From an uncultured Ruminococcus sp. (GTDB taxonomy: Bacteria; Bacillota; Clostridia; Monoglobales; Monoglobaceae), in NCBI GenBank assembly GCA_902777435.1, contig CACYTW010000001.1:1-53761 (forward strand): DNA of 53,761 nt. The letters are read 5' to 3'. The translations under genes were made by a program, and so were the position numbers. The notes beneath the pieces were generated by a model, which was not told the DNA's origin, did no database searches, and saw nothing but the letters and a program-made list of their open reading frames with translations. Shown here piece after piece: positions 34,426 to 45,142 of this stretch; position 1 is the first letter of the stretch; each line of letters starts with the position of its first letter.

Positions 34426-34546
34426 CTTTCTTCCTCCTATCTTTTTAGGATTAAAATGTTCCGAGCTTTACACTCTGCCAAAGTTTAAATCTTAGCAGAA
34501 TGTAAAATCTCTTCTGCAAAATTTATCGCATTCAATTTGGTAAATT

Positions 34547-34915
34547 TTAAAGTACTTCAGGTGCGAGAGACAAAATCTTCATATAGTCCTTATCTCTGAG
34601 TTCTCTTGCAACCGGGCCAAAGATACGAGTTCCTCTCGGAGTCTTGTCGTCTCTGATTAATACGGCTGCGTTCTCATCAAATCTGATTTTAGAACCGTCT
34701 GCTCTCTTTACACCATTTACGCTGCGGACAATAACTGCCTTTACAACGTCACCTTTTTTAACAGCACCGCCGGGTGTTGCTTTTTTTACAGAAGCAACTA
34801 TTACATCGCCGATGTTTCCGTAGCGTCTGAATGAGCCGCCCAGAACACGTATGCAAAGAATTTCCTTTGCACCGCTGTTGTCAGCAACCTTTAAAATAGT
34901 CTGCTGTTGTATCAT
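34547..34915 (-). CDS. rplN: 50S ribosomal protein L14
   Basis: 122 aa. [17 protein letters not shown]. Confidence 0.96.
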   Translation of the reverse strand: MIQQQTILKVADNSGAKEILCIRVLGGSFRRYGNIGDVIVASVKKATPGGAVKKGDVVKAVIVRSVNGVKRADGSKIRFDENAAVLIRDDKTPRGTRIFGPVARELRDKDYMKILSLAPEVL

Positions 34916-34968
34916 AACGGATTTCCTCCTATTCTTATTTCGTTATAGCGAATATTCGCAAAAATAGC

Positions 34969-35226
34969 TTATTTAGCTTTCTCAACGATTTCAACAACAC
35001 GCCATCTCTTATCCTTTGATAAAGGTCTTGTTTCCATAACTCTGACTTTATCACCGATACCGCAGATGTTTTCTTCGTCGTGTGCCTTAAGCTTGTAGGT
35101 GCGCTTAATAACCTTATCATAAAGCTTGTGCTTTACATTTTCCTTAATGGCAACTACTATTGTTTTATCCATCTTATCGCTGGTAACAATACCAACACGT
35201 GTTTTACGATAATTACGTTCACTCAT
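34969..35226 (-). CDS. rpsQ: 30S ribosomal protein S17
   Basis: 85 aa. Sequence and operon order. Confidence 0.95.
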   Translation of the reverse strand: MSERNYRKTRVGIVTSDKMDKTIVVAIKENVKHKLYDKVIKRTYKLKAHDEENICGIGDKVRVMETRPLSKDKRWRVVEIVEKAK

Positions 35227-35241
35227 TATTTACTGCACCTC

Positions 35242-35454
35242 CTACGCATTTACGCTTGTGTTAATACCAAGCTCTTTTTCCTTGAGGACGGTTTTTACTC
35301 TTGCAATATCCTTCTTAACGCTAGCAATTCTGACCGGATTGTCGAGCTGGTTGGTAGCGTTCTGGAAACGAAGGTTAAAAAGCTCTTCCTTTAAGTCCTT
35401 GATTTTTTCTTCAAGCTCCTGCGTTGAAAGGTCTCTGATATCCTGTATTTTCAT
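35242..35454 (-). CDS. rpmC: 50S ribosomal protein L29
   Basis: 70 aa. [11 protein letters not shown]. Confidence 0.95.
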   Translation of the reverse strand: MKIQDIRDLSTQELEEKIKDLKEELFNLRFQNATNQLDNPVRIASVKKDIARVKTVLKEKELGINTSVNA

Positions 35455-35885
35455 TAACTATCACCTTCCGTTTCTTGGTCAGCCTTCTTTACAAACTTAC
35501 ATTTAACCGGCAGCTTGTGCATTGCAAGACGAAGAGCCTCACGAGCAACTTCTTCTGATACACCGCCGATTTCGAACATAACTCTGCCCGGCTTTACTAC
35601 TGCAACCCAGTATTCAGGTGAGCCTTTACCACTACCCATTCGAGTTTCTGCAGGCTTTGCTGTAACCGGCTTGTCAGGGAATATCTTTATCCATACCTGG
35701 CCGCCTCTCTTTGTATAACGTGTCATAGCAACACGGGCTGCCTCTATCTGATTACTTGTTATCCAAGCAGGTGTGAGAGCCTGAAGTCCGAACTCACCGT
35801 ATACAACCTTGTTGCCTCTGTGAGCTGCGCCCTTCATTCTGCCACGCTGCTGCTTTCTGTGCTTTACTCTTTTTGGAGATAACAT
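35454..35885 (-). CDS. rplP: 50S ribosomal protein L16
   Basis: 143 aa. [19 protein letters not shown]. Confidence 0.96.
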   Translation of the reverse strand: MLSPKRVKHRKQQRGRMKGAAHRGNKVVYGEFGLQALTPAWITSNQIEAARVAMTRYTKRGGQVWIKIFPDKPVTAKPAETRMGSGKGSPEYWVAVVKPGRVMFEIGGVSEEVAREALRLAMHKLPVKCKFVKKADQETEGDS

Positions 35886-36586
35886 TATTTGTTTCCTCCT
35901 TCCGTGCGTTTGTTAGATTTCTTTGCAGGCTTCTTCTCTTCAACAACATTTCTGCCCTCTGCAAGAATTTCGCCCTTATAAATCCAAACCTTAACACCGA
36001 GCTTACCATATGTGGTATCTGCTTCTGCAAAACCATAGTCTATATCAGCTCTGAGTGTCTGAAGCGGAATAGTACCCTCGTGATACTGTTCTGTTCTTGC
36101 GATTTCTGCACCGCCGACACGACCTGCAACATATGTCTTGATACCCTTTGCACCAAGCTTCATTGTGCGGCCCATACACTGCTTCATTGCCTTTCTGAAA
36201 GAAATACGGCGTTCAAGCTGTGATGCGATGTTTTCTGCAACCAACTGTGCGCTCATATCGGGAACTTTAACTTCGATTACATTCAAGATAATTGTCTTGC
36301 CTGTCATCTGCTCAAGCTCCTTCTTGAGCTTCTCTATCTCGCTGCCGCCCTTACCGATTATGATACCGGGCTTGCCTGCGTGGATAGAAACGCGGACTTT
36401 ATTTGCGAATTTTTCAATTTCGATTTTGTCAACTCCGGCCTGGAATAACTTTTTCTTTAAGAACACTCTGAGGTTATAGTCCTCAACGAGGCTGTCGCCG
36501 AAGCTCTTTTTGTCAGCATACCAACGTGAATCCCAGTCCTTAATTATTCCGACTCTGAGACCGTGCGGATTAACTTTCTGACCCAT
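35885..36586 (-). CDS. rpsC: 30S ribosomal protein S3
   Basis: 233 aa. [13 protein letters not shown]. Confidence 0.96.
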   Translation of the reverse strand: MGQKVNPHGLRVGIIKDWDSRWYADKKSFGDSLVEDYNLRVFLKKKLFQAGVDKIEIEKFANKVRVSIHAGKPGIIIGKGGSEIEKLKKELEQMTGKTIILNVIEVKVPDMSAQLVAENIASQLERRISFRKAMKQCMGRTMKLGAKGIKTYVAGRVGGAEIARTEQYHEGTIPLQTLRADIDYGFAEADTTYGKLGVKVWIYKGEILAEGRNVVEEKKPAKKSNKRTEGGNK

Positions 36587-36602
36587 ATTCTTACCTCCTA
36601 TC

Positions 36603-36938
36603 TTATTCCTTCTCCTGAAGTTTCAATGTTATATGACTTGTTTTCTTATTAATTCTGAATGCTCTACCCTGTGCTCTTGCCTGTATTCTCTTAAGCGTTG
36701 GGCCCTGGTCCGCATATACTTCTGAAACGTACAGATTTTCAACATTCATATGGAAGTTGTTTTCTGCGTTTGCCATAGCGGATTTGAGCAGCTTTTCTAC
36801 AACAGGGCTTGCAGCCTTAGGTGTATTTCTTAATATTCCGATTGCTTCGCCTACCGGCTTGTTTCTGATAAGGTCGATTACTATACGAACCTTACGCGGT
36901 GCAATGCGGACATTAGTAACTTTTGCTACTGCTTCCAT
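36603..36938 (-). CDS. rplV: 50S ribosomal protein L22
   Basis: 111 aa. Sequence and operon order. Confidence 0.95.
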   Translation of the reverse strand: MEAVAKVTNVRIAPRKVRIVIDLIRNKPVGEAIGILRNTPKAASPVVEKLLKSAMANAENNFHMNVENLYVSEVYADQGPTLKRIQARAQGRAFRINKKTSHITLKLQEKE

Positions 36939-36990
36939 CTCTGTGCAGCTCCTTTCATCAAAATAAAAGATATCTGTAACTATTTACAAA

Positions 36991-37263
36991 TTATTTAGTA
37001 GTCTTTGAACCGGAATGTCCCTTAAACGTACGTGTCGGAGCAAACTCACCAAGCTTATGTCCAACCATATCTTCTGTTACATATACCGGAACATGCTTTC
37101 TTCCATCATATACCGCAATGGTATGTCCAACCATTTCGGGGAATATCGTGGAAGCTCTTGACCAAGTCTTTAAAACGACTTTTTCGTTCTTCTCGTTCAT
37201 AGCAACTATTCTTGCCATAAGCTTGCTATCGACGAAAGGACCTTTTTTAACACTTCTTCCCAT
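36991..37263 (-). CDS. rpsS: 30S ribosomal protein S19
   Basis: 90 aa. [12 protein letters not shown]. Confidence 0.96.
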   Translation of the reverse strand: MGRSVKKGPFVDSKLMARIVAMNEKNEKVVLKTWSRASTIFPEMVGHTIAVYDGRKHVPVYVTEDMVGHKLGEFAPTRTFKGHSGSKTTK

Positions 37264-37277
37264 TGATAAATCCCTCC

Positions 37278-38111
37278 TTATTTAGCGTTACGTCTCTTAA
37301 CAATAAACTTGTCGGACTTTTTCTTCTTGTTTCTTGTCTTGTAACCGAGAGCCGGCTTACCCCAAGGAGTAACAGGACTCGGCATACCGATTGGTGACTT
37401 ACCTTCACCACCACCGTGCGGATGGTCGTTCGGGTTCATTACAACACCGCGGACGGTAGGTCTGAAGCCCATATGACGCTTTCTTCCTGCCTTACCGATG
37501 TTGATGTTTTCGTAATCAATGTTACCAACCTGGCCGATTGTTGCACGGCAGTTTAATCTTACCATACGTACTTCACCGGATGGAAGTCTTACCTGTGCAT
37601 AACCATTTTCTTTAGCCATAAGCTGTGCTGTGTTACCTGCACTGCGGACAAGCTGACCGCCCTTACCGGGATTTAACTCTATATTGTAAATAAGAGTACC
37701 AACAGGGATATCTTTAATCTCCATTGCGTTACCGGGCTTAATGTCTACACCTTCACCCGATACAACTACGTCACCCTTTTTGAGTCCGAGAGGAGCGATA
37801 ATGTATGTCTTTTCGCCGTCCTCGTACTGAAGCAATGCAATGTTTGCACTTCTGTTAGGATCGTACTCGATTGAAAGAACTTCTGCGTTCATTCCATCCT
37901 TATAGCGCTTGAAATCAATAACTCTGTATTTTCTCTTAGCACCGCCGCCACGATGTCTTACTGTTATTCTACCGTTGGCATTACGTCCTGCTTTGCTTTT
38001 AAGCGGACGAAGCAGAGATTTTTCAGGTGCAACCTTGTCAATCTCTTCAAATGTCGAAACAGTCATCTGACGCAGCGAAGGTGTAGTAGGATTATATTTC
38101 TTAATTCCCAT
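37278..38111 (-). CDS. rplB: 50S ribosomal protein L2
   Basis: 277 aa. [13 protein letters not shown]. Confidence 0.96.
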   Translation of the reverse strand: MGIKKYNPTTPSLRQMTVSTFEEIDKVAPEKSLLRPLKSKAGRNANGRITVRHRGGGAKRKYRVIDFKRYKDGMNAEVLSIEYDPNRSANIALLQYEDGEKTYIIAPLGLKKGDVVVSGEGVDIKPGNAMEIKDIPVGTLIYNIELNPGKGGQLVRSAGNTAQLMAKENGYAQVRLPSGEVRMVRLNCRATIGQVGNIDYENINIGKAGRKRHMGFRPTVRGVVMNPNDHPHGGGEGKSPIGMPSPVTPWGKPALGYKTRNKKKKSDKFIVKRRNAK

Positions 38112-38149
38112 TTTTAATTCTCCTTATCTGCAAATTTTAAGGCGTTATA

Positions 38150-38434
38150 TTAGCCTTCAAACAATTCGATTGTCTTGCTGCCTTCCTTAAGTTTTACGAC
38201 AGCCTTTTTCCAATCGGCTCTCTTGCCTGTGAAAACGCCCTGTCTTTTGGGCTTGCCGTCATAATTCATTGTTGTAACCTTTTCAACTTCTACCTTGAAA
38301 ATCTCTTCAACAGCCTTTTTAATTTCGATCTTGTTTGCATTTTTAGCAACCTCAAAGGTGTACTTTCTGTCTGCAACCTGATCCATACTCTGTTCAGTGA
38401 TTATAGGTCTTTTAATAATATCGTAAGATAACAT
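38150..38434 (-). CDS. rplW: 50S ribosomal protein L23
   Basis: 94 aa. Sequence and operon order. Confidence 0.95.
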   Translation of the reverse strand: MLSYDIIKRPIITEQSMDQVADRKYTFEVAKNANKIEIKKAVEEIFKVEVEKVTTMNYDGKPKRQGVFTGKRADWKKAVVKLKEGSKTIELFEG

Positions 38435-39057
38435 TATGCGTACACCTCCTCAAGCTTTGTTACAGCATCCTTTAAGATGATGCACTTTGTGTGATTGAGA
38501 ACCTCATAAGTGTTGATTGCACCAACATATGTTGTGTCAACACCCTTGATGTTTCTCGCTGATGCAACAATGTTCTTATCGTTTTCAGGAAGAACGATGA
38601 GAGCCTTCTCTGAAACACCGAGATTTTTAAGAAGGTTTGCAACCTGCTTTGTCTTAATCTCAGGAGCCTCGAATGATTCGAGAACAATAACTTCATTATC
38701 CTGAACTTTAGAAGTAAGAGCAGACTTTAAAGCAAGTCTTCTTACCTTCTTATTAAGGGTATATCTGTAATCTCTAGGCTTAGGACCGAGAGCAACTCCG
38801 CCGCCAACCCACTGAGGAGCACGAATACTTCCCTGTCTTGCGCGGCCTGTACCCTTCTGTCTCCAAGGCTTTATACCACCGCCCCTAACTTCTGTACGGG
38901 TTTTGGTGCTCTGTGTGCCTTGTCTCTGATTTGCTAAGTAGTTTACAACTACCTCGTGCATAACGTCAACTCTTACGTCAACGCCAAACACATTTTCATT
39001 TAAATCCATATTGCCGACTACTTTACCGTCAGCATTATAAATATCAACTGTAGGCAT
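38434..39057 (-). CDS. rplD: 50S ribosomal protein L4
   Basis: 207 aa. [17 protein letters not shown]. Confidence 0.96.
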   Translation of the reverse strand: MPTVDIYNADGKVVGNMDLNENVFGVDVRVDVMHEVVVNYLANQRQGTQSTKTRTEVRGGGIKPWRQKGTGRARQGSIRAPQWVGGGVALGPKPRDYRYTLNKKVRRLALKSALTSKVQDNEVIVLESFEAPEIKTKQVANLLKNLGVSEKALIVLPENDKNIVASARNIKGVDTTYVGAINTYEVLNHTKCIILKDAVTKLEEVYA

Positions 39058-39084
39058 TATCTGTTTTCCTCCTCTCTCTGCGGC

Positions 39085-39720
39085 TTAGGCGTTTGCCTTT
39101 ACTGCGTTTTTAACAACGAGCAATCCGCCCTTAGGTCCGGGAACCGAACCCTTAACCAACAGAAGATTGCGTTCTGTATCTACTTTTACGAGGTCAAGGT
39201 TCTGGATAGTAACGGTATCCACACCCATATGACCCGGAAGCTTCTTACCCTTGAACACTCTTGACGGGCTTGAACAAGCACCGAGTGAACCCGGGCCTCT
39301 GTGATAGTGACTGCCGTGAGTCATAGGACCTCTGTGAGTTCCCCATCTCTTGATTGTGCCGGCATAGCCGTGACCTTTACTTGTTCCGGTAACGTCTAAA
39401 ACGTCGCCGTCTGCAAACTGATCAACACCGAGTACGTCACCAACATTGAGCTCCGCTGCGTTATCAAGTTTAAATTCCTTCAAATAGCGTTTAACGGGAA
39501 CGTTTGCTTTAGCAAAGTGACCCTTTTCAGGCTTGTTTGCTTTCTTTTCCTTCTTGTCCACAAAACCTACCTGAACTGCAACGTAACCGTCAACTTCTTC
39601 AGTCTTTTTCTGAACAACAGGACAAGGACCTGCTTCTATAACCGTAACCGGTACAAGATTGCCGTCCTCCGTAAACACTTGGGTCATTCCTATTTTTTTA
39701 CCCAAAATTGCTTTTTTCAT
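39085..39720 (-). CDS. rplC: 50S ribosomal protein L3
   Basis: 211 aa. [12 protein letters not shown]. Confidence 0.96.
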   Translation of the reverse strand: MKKAILGKKIGMTQVFTEDGNLVPVTVIEAGPCPVVQKKTEEVDGYVAVQVGFVDKKEKKANKPEKGHFAKANVPVKRYLKEFKLDNAAELNVGDVLGVDQFADGDVLDVTGTSKGHGYAGTIKRWGTHRGPMTHGSHYHRGPGSLGACSSPSRVFKGKKLPGHMGVDTVTIQNLDLVKVDTERNLLLVKGSVPGPKGGLLVVKNAVKANA

Positions 39721-39868
39721 TTTTATCCTCCTATTTTACACAAGCATTGGTTTCTCTGAAACATACCTGCGGGTTATTGGTTGACTTTCGCCAACGTGAC
39801 CAAATTTATTTTTTCTTCTTCTATCACTCAAACGCCGTATAAGCGTCGGAGCTTATTTTCAGGCTTAA

Positions 39869-40177
39869 CTATATCTTTAATTCGATATCTACGCCTGCAG
39901 GCAAATCGAGGTGCTTAAGTGCATCGATTGTCTTGTTTGTAGGACCGAGAACGTCGATAAGTCTCTTGTGAGTTCTGAGCTCGAACTGTTCACGGCTGTC
40001 CTTATACTTATGAACCGCTCTCAAAATAGTAACAACTTCTTTTTTAGTAGGAAGCGGAATAGGTCCCGAAACCTTTGAACCTGTCCTCTTTGCGGTTTCA
40101 ACAATCTTTGCGGCACTCTGGTCGATAAGATTGTGGTCATAAGCCTTTAATCTGATTCTGATTTTCTCTGCTGCCAT
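39869..40177 (-). CDS. rpsJ: 30S ribosomal protein S10
   Basis: Start at [15 protein letters not shown] (ATG at 40177 after AAGGAGGG). The 66 upstream in-frame codons of the track ORF are leader sequence. Confidence 0.93.
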   Translation of the reverse strand: MAAEKIRIRLKAYDHNLIDQSAAKIVETAKRTGSKVSGPIPLPTKKEVVTILRAVHKYKDSREQFELRTHKRLIDVLGPTNKTIDALKHLDLPAGVDIELKI

Positions 40178-40550
40178 TGGTTTACCCTCCTTAAAAATAA
40201 GTTTACGCTGTGCCGGGCGTTTCGCACAGACTACATAATAAAACCCGATTCCGACAAACCTCTCCTCTGAGGTAACGGCTCGGGGCATACAGACACAAAC
40301 ATCCTCTTGATAAACAGCATCAGCATACTGCTGCTTAATAATGTCTTCAATTTTATACGGTTTTTCACCGCACAATCTTTCCCCGATAACACTGCTTTAC
40401 AGTATGTACCGGGCTTTCATTGTCTGTTATAGTGACTCGCCGCCCGCTTTTCTTAAACCGGACAATCTCCTCCGAAATTCCCAAAATACGTATGTTTCCA
40501 CACGCTTTTGCCACCTTCGGATTCATCGTATGTCTTTGTCACGCCTAACT

Positions 40551-40579
40551 ATAATATCACGTTTTACGTTCAGTGTCAA
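40551..40579 (-). promoter_or_regulatory. Candidate sigma-A promoter of the S10 operon
   Basis: On the minus strand: TTGACA (40579-40574), 17 nt, TATTAT (40556-40551). This implies a leader of about 370 nt. Confidence 0.6.
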
Positions 40580-40680
40580 GGGTTTATGCCCTTTTTTTAA
40601 TATTTTTTTCATTTTTGTAAATTTTGTTTATTTCTTAGAATTTTACTCTCATTTAATATACAAACTGCACAATTACAGCA

Positions 40681-40705
40681 AAAAGACTCCTCATAATCGG
40701 AGCCT
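40681..40705 (-). terminator. Candidate terminator after the 75-aa ORF
   Basis: On the minus strand: AGGCUCC-loop-GGAGUCU (one G-U pair) followed by UUUU. Confidence 0.5.
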
Positions 40706-40748
40706 TTTACATTCAATTTATTTTTCCTCACGCCCACTCCCCCCATTT

Positions 40749-40976
40749 TTATTCGTCATTATCTGCCGTTTCTTTTAACTGTTGATAGGCTTCTTCGAGG
40801 GTGGACATTCTGATCTCATTCCCTTTAACAAGAATAATCATCGGAGTACCGATATAAGCTATTTCGCCATCGTTCTCAACAGGCTCATAAACATCATAGC
40901 CACGCCACGGCTCAAGCGGATTAACTGTTTCGTACCCTTGCTTTTTAGCAAAGGCTTCTACTGTTTTTAAATCCAT
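40749..40976 (-). CDS. Hypothetical small acidic protein
   Basis: 75-aa ORF, 16 nt downstream of the peptidase gene. No family recognised. Confidence 0.5.
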   Translation of the reverse strand: MDLKTVEAFAKKQGYETVNPLEPWRGYDVYEPVENDGEIAYIGTPMIILVKGNEIRMSTLEEAYQQLKETADNDE

Positions 40977-40992
40977 TAGCTACCTTCCCCTT

Positions 40993-42471
40993 CTATTTCT
41001 GTCTTTTTATGCCAAATCTGATTAATGCCTCATCAAGCTGGTCATCATTTACAACCTTGCTCATTTTAATTCTTGTATACAATTCGTGTTGCGTTGTATA
41101 GTCAAGAACACCATAGGGATACAAGCCCGTCTGTGCCTGAAATTTATAAACGGCATTGCTCAGCTCGTTGTCATACACATCATTTATCTCACCCTTGTAA
41201 CTGCCCCATACAGTCAAAAGTTCTTTGGTCATCTTTATTTCATCACCGCTGTCACCCTGGCTGTATACCTTTGTATATCCGTACTCTTGATACGGCGACA
41301 TATCAAATGGCTCCTCGGTATTTTCAATGTGTATATCAGGCTGAATACCCACACCATTTATATTATTTCTTTTTGGTGTTAAATAATATCCCACTGTATA
41401 CTTCATACTATCACCGTAGGGAAGCTCTATTATAGTCTGAATTGTACCCTTGCCGTAGGACTTACTTCCTATTTTATATGCACAATCATTTTCCGACAAC
41501 GCCGCCGTCAGCACCTCTGATGCACTTGCTGAATTTTCATTTATCAAAACAATTGTATTATACTTTTGTATATCATCTTCTTCAGCATAATACTCTCTGT
41601 TCAGCATTGTTATTTTGTGGTCCTCAACCGTTATCAAGCTGCCCTTAGGCACAACGTAATCCGCCATCTTTATGGCTTGTTCAAACAAGCCGCCGCCATT
41701 GTCACGAAGGTCTATTATAATGTTATCTATCCCCTGTGCCGTCGCATTGTCAAGCTCCTTTTTAAAGCATTCCGCCGTATTTGAAATAAACCCGTAAACG
41801 CGGATATACATTGCCTTATTATCGCCATCTTCAAAAACGCGGCCCTCCACAGATGTTCCCACAATCTCTTCACGCGTCATATCCAAATAGATAATTTTAT
41901 CTTCGCCTTCGCGTTTTATACCTGCCTTAAAAGATGAACCCATCTCGCCTCTGATGTAGCTTGCCGCCGTATCGGAGTTCATTCCCACAAGAGAAATATC
42001 ATCAACGCTTACTATTATATCTCCAACCTTGATGCCTGCCTTTTCTGCCGGCATATCGGGAATAACACTCACTACCTCCACTCCGTCTTTGCCCATCTGG
42101 AAAGTGATACCTATGCCCACTATTGTACCTGTCACTGATTCCTGGAGTAATTTTGTATCTGAAGGATTATAATATTCAGAATGTTCGTCTATTGAATTTA
42201 AAATACCCGTCATTACACTTTCATATATTTCGGGATACTCCTTTAAGGCTTTCATCAAGCCCTCGCGGTATAAAGATGATTGAGAAACCTCATCATATCT
42301 TGAATATATACTCAAATGCTCCACAACCCCTTTAACTAAATCAGCCGTTATCTCGGGATCCTGTTCTGTTGTTTCTTCGCCGTATACACACACAGCAGGA
42401 ATTGTAAGCAAAACCGACAATGCTGTAAACAGTATTCCTATTCTCTTCATAACATTCTTAAATTCTTTCAT
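40993..42471 (-). CDS. S41 family C-terminal processing peptidase with PDZ and peptidoglycan-binding domains
   Basis: 492 aa with a signal peptide, a PDZ domain (PAEKAGIKVGDIIVSVDD), NENSASASE (catalytic Ser) and KSYGKGT (Lys). The C-terminus is PG_binding_1-like. Confidence 0.85.
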   Translation of the reverse strand: MKEFKNVMKRIGILFTALSVLLTIPAVCVYGEETTEQDPEITADLVKGVVEHLSIYSRYDEVSQSSLYREGLMKALKEYPEIYESVMTGILNSIDEHSEYYNPSDTKLLQESVTGTIVGIGITFQMGKDGVEVVSVIPDMPAEKAGIKVGDIIVSVDDISLVGMNSDTAASYIRGEMGSSFKAGIKREGEDKIIYLDMTREEIVGTSVEGRVFEDGDNKAMYIRVYGFISNTAECFKKELDNATAQGIDNIIIDLRDNGGGLFEQAIKMADYVVPKGSLITVEDHKITMLNREYYAEEDDIQKYNTIVLINENSASASEVLTAALSENDCAYKIGSKSYGKGTIQTIIELPYGDSMKYTVGYYLTPKRNNINGVGIQPDIHIENTEEPFDMSPYQEYGYTKVYSQGDSGDEIKMTKELLTVWGSYKGEINDVYDNELSNAVYKFQAQTGLYPYGVLDYTTQHELYTRIKMSKVVNDDQLDEALIRFGIKRQK

Positions 42472-42523
42472 TATATAATCACCTTTCTGTTCAAACTATT
42501 GTGATACACCTAAGTCCATCACT

Positions 42524-42925
42524 TTATTTAAACTGAAAATACATAACCCTCATAGTGCCGTCCTCTTGTCTTGCGACAATGATTTGGGCAACATCATCTG
42601 CATTATTATTTAACCAATCATATTCCGCCTTTGTTCCGTCCTTCATATACATAGCCTCTGCAGAAATACCTATCTCGGTATATTCAATCGCCTTTGCTAT
42701 CTCATTTCCGACTTCGGACTCCATAACAGGCGAAACATTTTTCATAACAATCTTTCCGCTTTCGTGGTCACAATAATACAGATTTCCCTTTAAAACACAT
42801 ATGTCAGTAATTCTGCTTGTTGTATTTTCCCCATAAGCAGATATCGCTGAGCAAATCAATATACAAAAACATAAAATTACTGTTCCGATTTTCTTTGACT
42901 TCAACAAAATTAACACTCCAAACAA
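42524..42925 (-). CDS. Hypothetical secreted protein
   Basis: 133 aa with an N-terminal signal-like hydrophobic segment. Confidence 0.5.
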   Translation of the reverse strand: MFGVLILLKSKKIGTVILCFCILICSAISAYGENTTSRITDICVLKGNLYYCDHESGKIVMKNVSPVMESEVGNEIAKAIEYTEIGISAEAMYMKDGTKAEYDWLNNNADDVAQIIVARQEDGTMRVMYFQFK

Positions 42926-42929
42926 ATTT

Positions 42930-44627
42930 TTACATTTTTTCAGGGGCGGATATTTTTAGCATACCGAGTATTCCTGCCATAACAATGCGAACGCTGTCTA
43001 CCAATTTAAGACGAGCCGCCATAAGTTCTTCGTCCTCACCTTTTACGTGACAAGAATTGTAGAACGAATGGAAATCTGTCGCCAAGTCCATAATATAACG
43101 TGTAATCTTTGCAGGCTCTAACGTCTCTGCCGCATTCTTTATCTCCTCAGGCAAATCAGCAAGCTTCTTCAACAAGGTCAACTCTGTTTCCTCTGTTAAA
43201 AGAGATGGGTTTATCTCCGAATACTTTTTAACTTCAACTCCGTCTTCCTTTAACAATCTGATAATACTGCAAATCCTTGCGTATGCATACTGAACATAGA
43301 AAACAGGGTTCTCGTTGCTTTGCTCTGCCGCAAGAGTCAAGTCAAAATCAAGGTGACTGCCTGCACTTCTCATATTAAAGAAAAATCTTGCCGCGTCCAC
43401 ACTTATATCCTCAAGCAAGTCAGACAGAGTAATTGCCTTACCCGTTCTCTTTGACATTCTCACAACCTCTCCGTCCTGCATAAGACGAACAAGCTGCATA
43501 AGAACAATATCGAGTCTGTCAGAGTTTATATTCACCGCTTCGAGAGCCTTCTTCATTCTTGCAACGTGTCCGTGGTGGTCAGCACCCCATACGTTTATTG
43601 CCCAATCATACTTTCTTGTTTCCAGCTTATTCATATGATATGCAATATCTGCCGCAAAATATGTTGGTATGCCATTCTTACGGACAAGAACCTCATTCTT
43701 CTCAAGTCCCATCTTTTCGCAGTTGAGCCATACCGCTCCGTCTTCTTCATAGGTATATCCGTTATCGGTAAGTTTCTGTATCGCCGCCGTTACCTCTCCA
43801 TCCTTATGGAGCTTGCTCTCTCTGAACCATACATCATATACAATTCTGTATTTCTCTAAATCCTCACGCAGTGCGGTAACATTTTTTTCAAGGGCATAGT
43901 CCACAAGAGCCGCCTTGCGGTCTTCTTCGTCACATTCCAAATACTTGTCACCATTGATAGCAATAAAGGCTTTTGCGTGCTCTGTTATATCGTCGCCGTG
44001 ATAGCCATCTTCGGGGAATTCAATTGCTTCTTCGCCCTTTAACTGCTGAATATATCTTGCGTTCAATGAGTTTCCGAACTTTTCTATTTGATTGCCTGCA
44101 TCATTTACATAAAATTCACGTGTTACGTCATAGCCCGCATATTCAAGCACAGATGCAAGACAGTCACCCAAGGCACCGCCTCTTGCATTACCCATATGCA
44201 TAGGTCCTGTGGGATTGGCGCTGACAAACTCAACCATAACCTTTTTGCCCTTACCCAAATCTATCTTGCCGTAGTCCTTGCCTTGCTCTTCAATTTGCTG
44301 TATAGTTTTATAAAGCCAATTAGGTGTAAGATAGAAGTTTATGAAGCCTGCTCCTGCAACTTCAACCTTGCATATATCCTCGTCTGTTTGAATATGAGCC
44401 ACAATCGCATCTGCAATTTTTCTCGGTGCCAAGCGCAGTTCCTTAGCAAGCAGCATTGCAATATTACAAGCAAAATCGCCGTGGAGCTTGTCCTTTGGGA
44501 CCTCCAGCTTAATCATATCTGAAATTTTAGCCTCTGTTGAATTTAGCTCTCCGCCTGCAACCGCCTCGTCAAATGCATCTGTAATCTTTGATGCTATTTT
44601 ATCCTTCATATTTTCAAACAAACTCAT
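42930..44627 (-). CDS. argS: Arginine--tRNA ligase
   Basis: Start at MSLFENMKDK (44627). ANPTGPMHMGNARG (HIGH region) and MSKRTG (KMSK). Confidence 0.95.
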   Translation of the reverse strand: MSLFENMKDKIASKITDAFDEAVAGGELNSTEAKISDMIKLEVPKDKLHGDFACNIAMLLAKELRLAPRKIADAIVAHIQTDEDICKVEVAGAGFINFYLTPNWLYKTIQQIEEQGKDYGKIDLGKGKKVMVEFVSANPTGPMHMGNARGGALGDCLASVLEYAGYDVTREFYVNDAGNQIEKFGNSLNARYIQQLKGEEAIEFPEDGYHGDDITEHAKAFIAINGDKYLECDEEDRKAALVDYALEKNVTALREDLEKYRIVYDVWFRESKLHKDGEVTAAIQKLTDNGYTYEEDGAVWLNCEKMGLEKNEVLVRKNGIPTYFAADIAYHMNKLETRKYDWAINVWGADHHGHVARMKKALEAVNINSDRLDIVLMQLVRLMQDGEVVRMSKRTGKAITLSDLLEDISVDAARFFFNMRSAGSHLDFDLTLAAEQSNENPVFYVQYAYARICSIIRLLKEDGVEVKKYSEINPSLLTEETELTLLKKLADLPEEIKNAAETLEPAKITRYIMDLATDFHSFYNSCHVKGEDEELMAARLKLVDSVRIVMAGILGMLKISAPEKM

Positions 44628-44650
44628 ATGTAATCTTCCTTTCATCTGTT

Positions 44651-45127
44651 TTATACAGTTCTGTTTATTTTATGTATTTTAGGTTTTTCCTCTGATACGC
44701 TGTCAATGGGGTTTATTGATATGTTCAGCGAATTTTTGCAAAAGTTCTCATTGTCGGCATCTATTGTATAATCAACCTTAAGCCACCCTGTTTTATCGCC
44801 AAAATCAAAATCTACATTAAATGTTTTGATTGATGCACCTATCTCACCGTATGGCGTCGGATACAAGCACAAATTCTGCTTGCCTTCAACATAGCAAAGC
44901 TTCATATTAAACTTGCCTCGCCTTGTGACAATAACATTGCCCTCCCATATCTTAAGAGTGGTAACCGTATCGGGAAAACCCGTCATATCGCTTTCTTCAT
45001 ACTTGATATAATACTTATTATTTATAATTCCGAATTTACCGCCTGTTTCAAGTTCTATCGGTTCATCAGGGTTTGGGCTGTCAATATCCTGATAGGTCTT
45101 TATCTTTATCATTACATTATTGTCCAT
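44651..45127 (-). CDS. DUF1934 domain-containing protein
   Basis: 158-aa beta-rich protein directly upstream of argS, as is typical in Firmicutes. Confidence 0.7.
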   Translation of the reverse strand: MDNNVMIKIKTYQDIDSPNPDEPIELETGGKFGIINNKYYIKYEESDMTGFPDTVTTLKIWEGNVIVTRRGKFNMKLCYVEGKQNLCLYPTPYGEIGASIKTFNVDFDFGDKTGWLKVDYTIDADNENFCKNSLNISINPIDSVSEEKPKIHKINRTV

Positions 45128-45142
45128 AATCCCAATCCTTTT

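Noticed and set aside
39869-40375. 168-aa extended rpsJ ORF
   Set aside because: S10 homology starts at the internal ATG at 40177, which has a perfect RBS. The upstream 66 codons begin with TTG, lack an RBS and lie in the leader.
40341-40778. 145-aa plus-strand ORF
   Set aside because: It is antisense to the S10 leader and promoter, has low-complexity composition, and has no RBS.
44628-45142. T-box leader upstream of argS
   Set aside because: argS is directly preceded by the DUF1934 gene and murI with minimal spacers, leaving no room for a leader.
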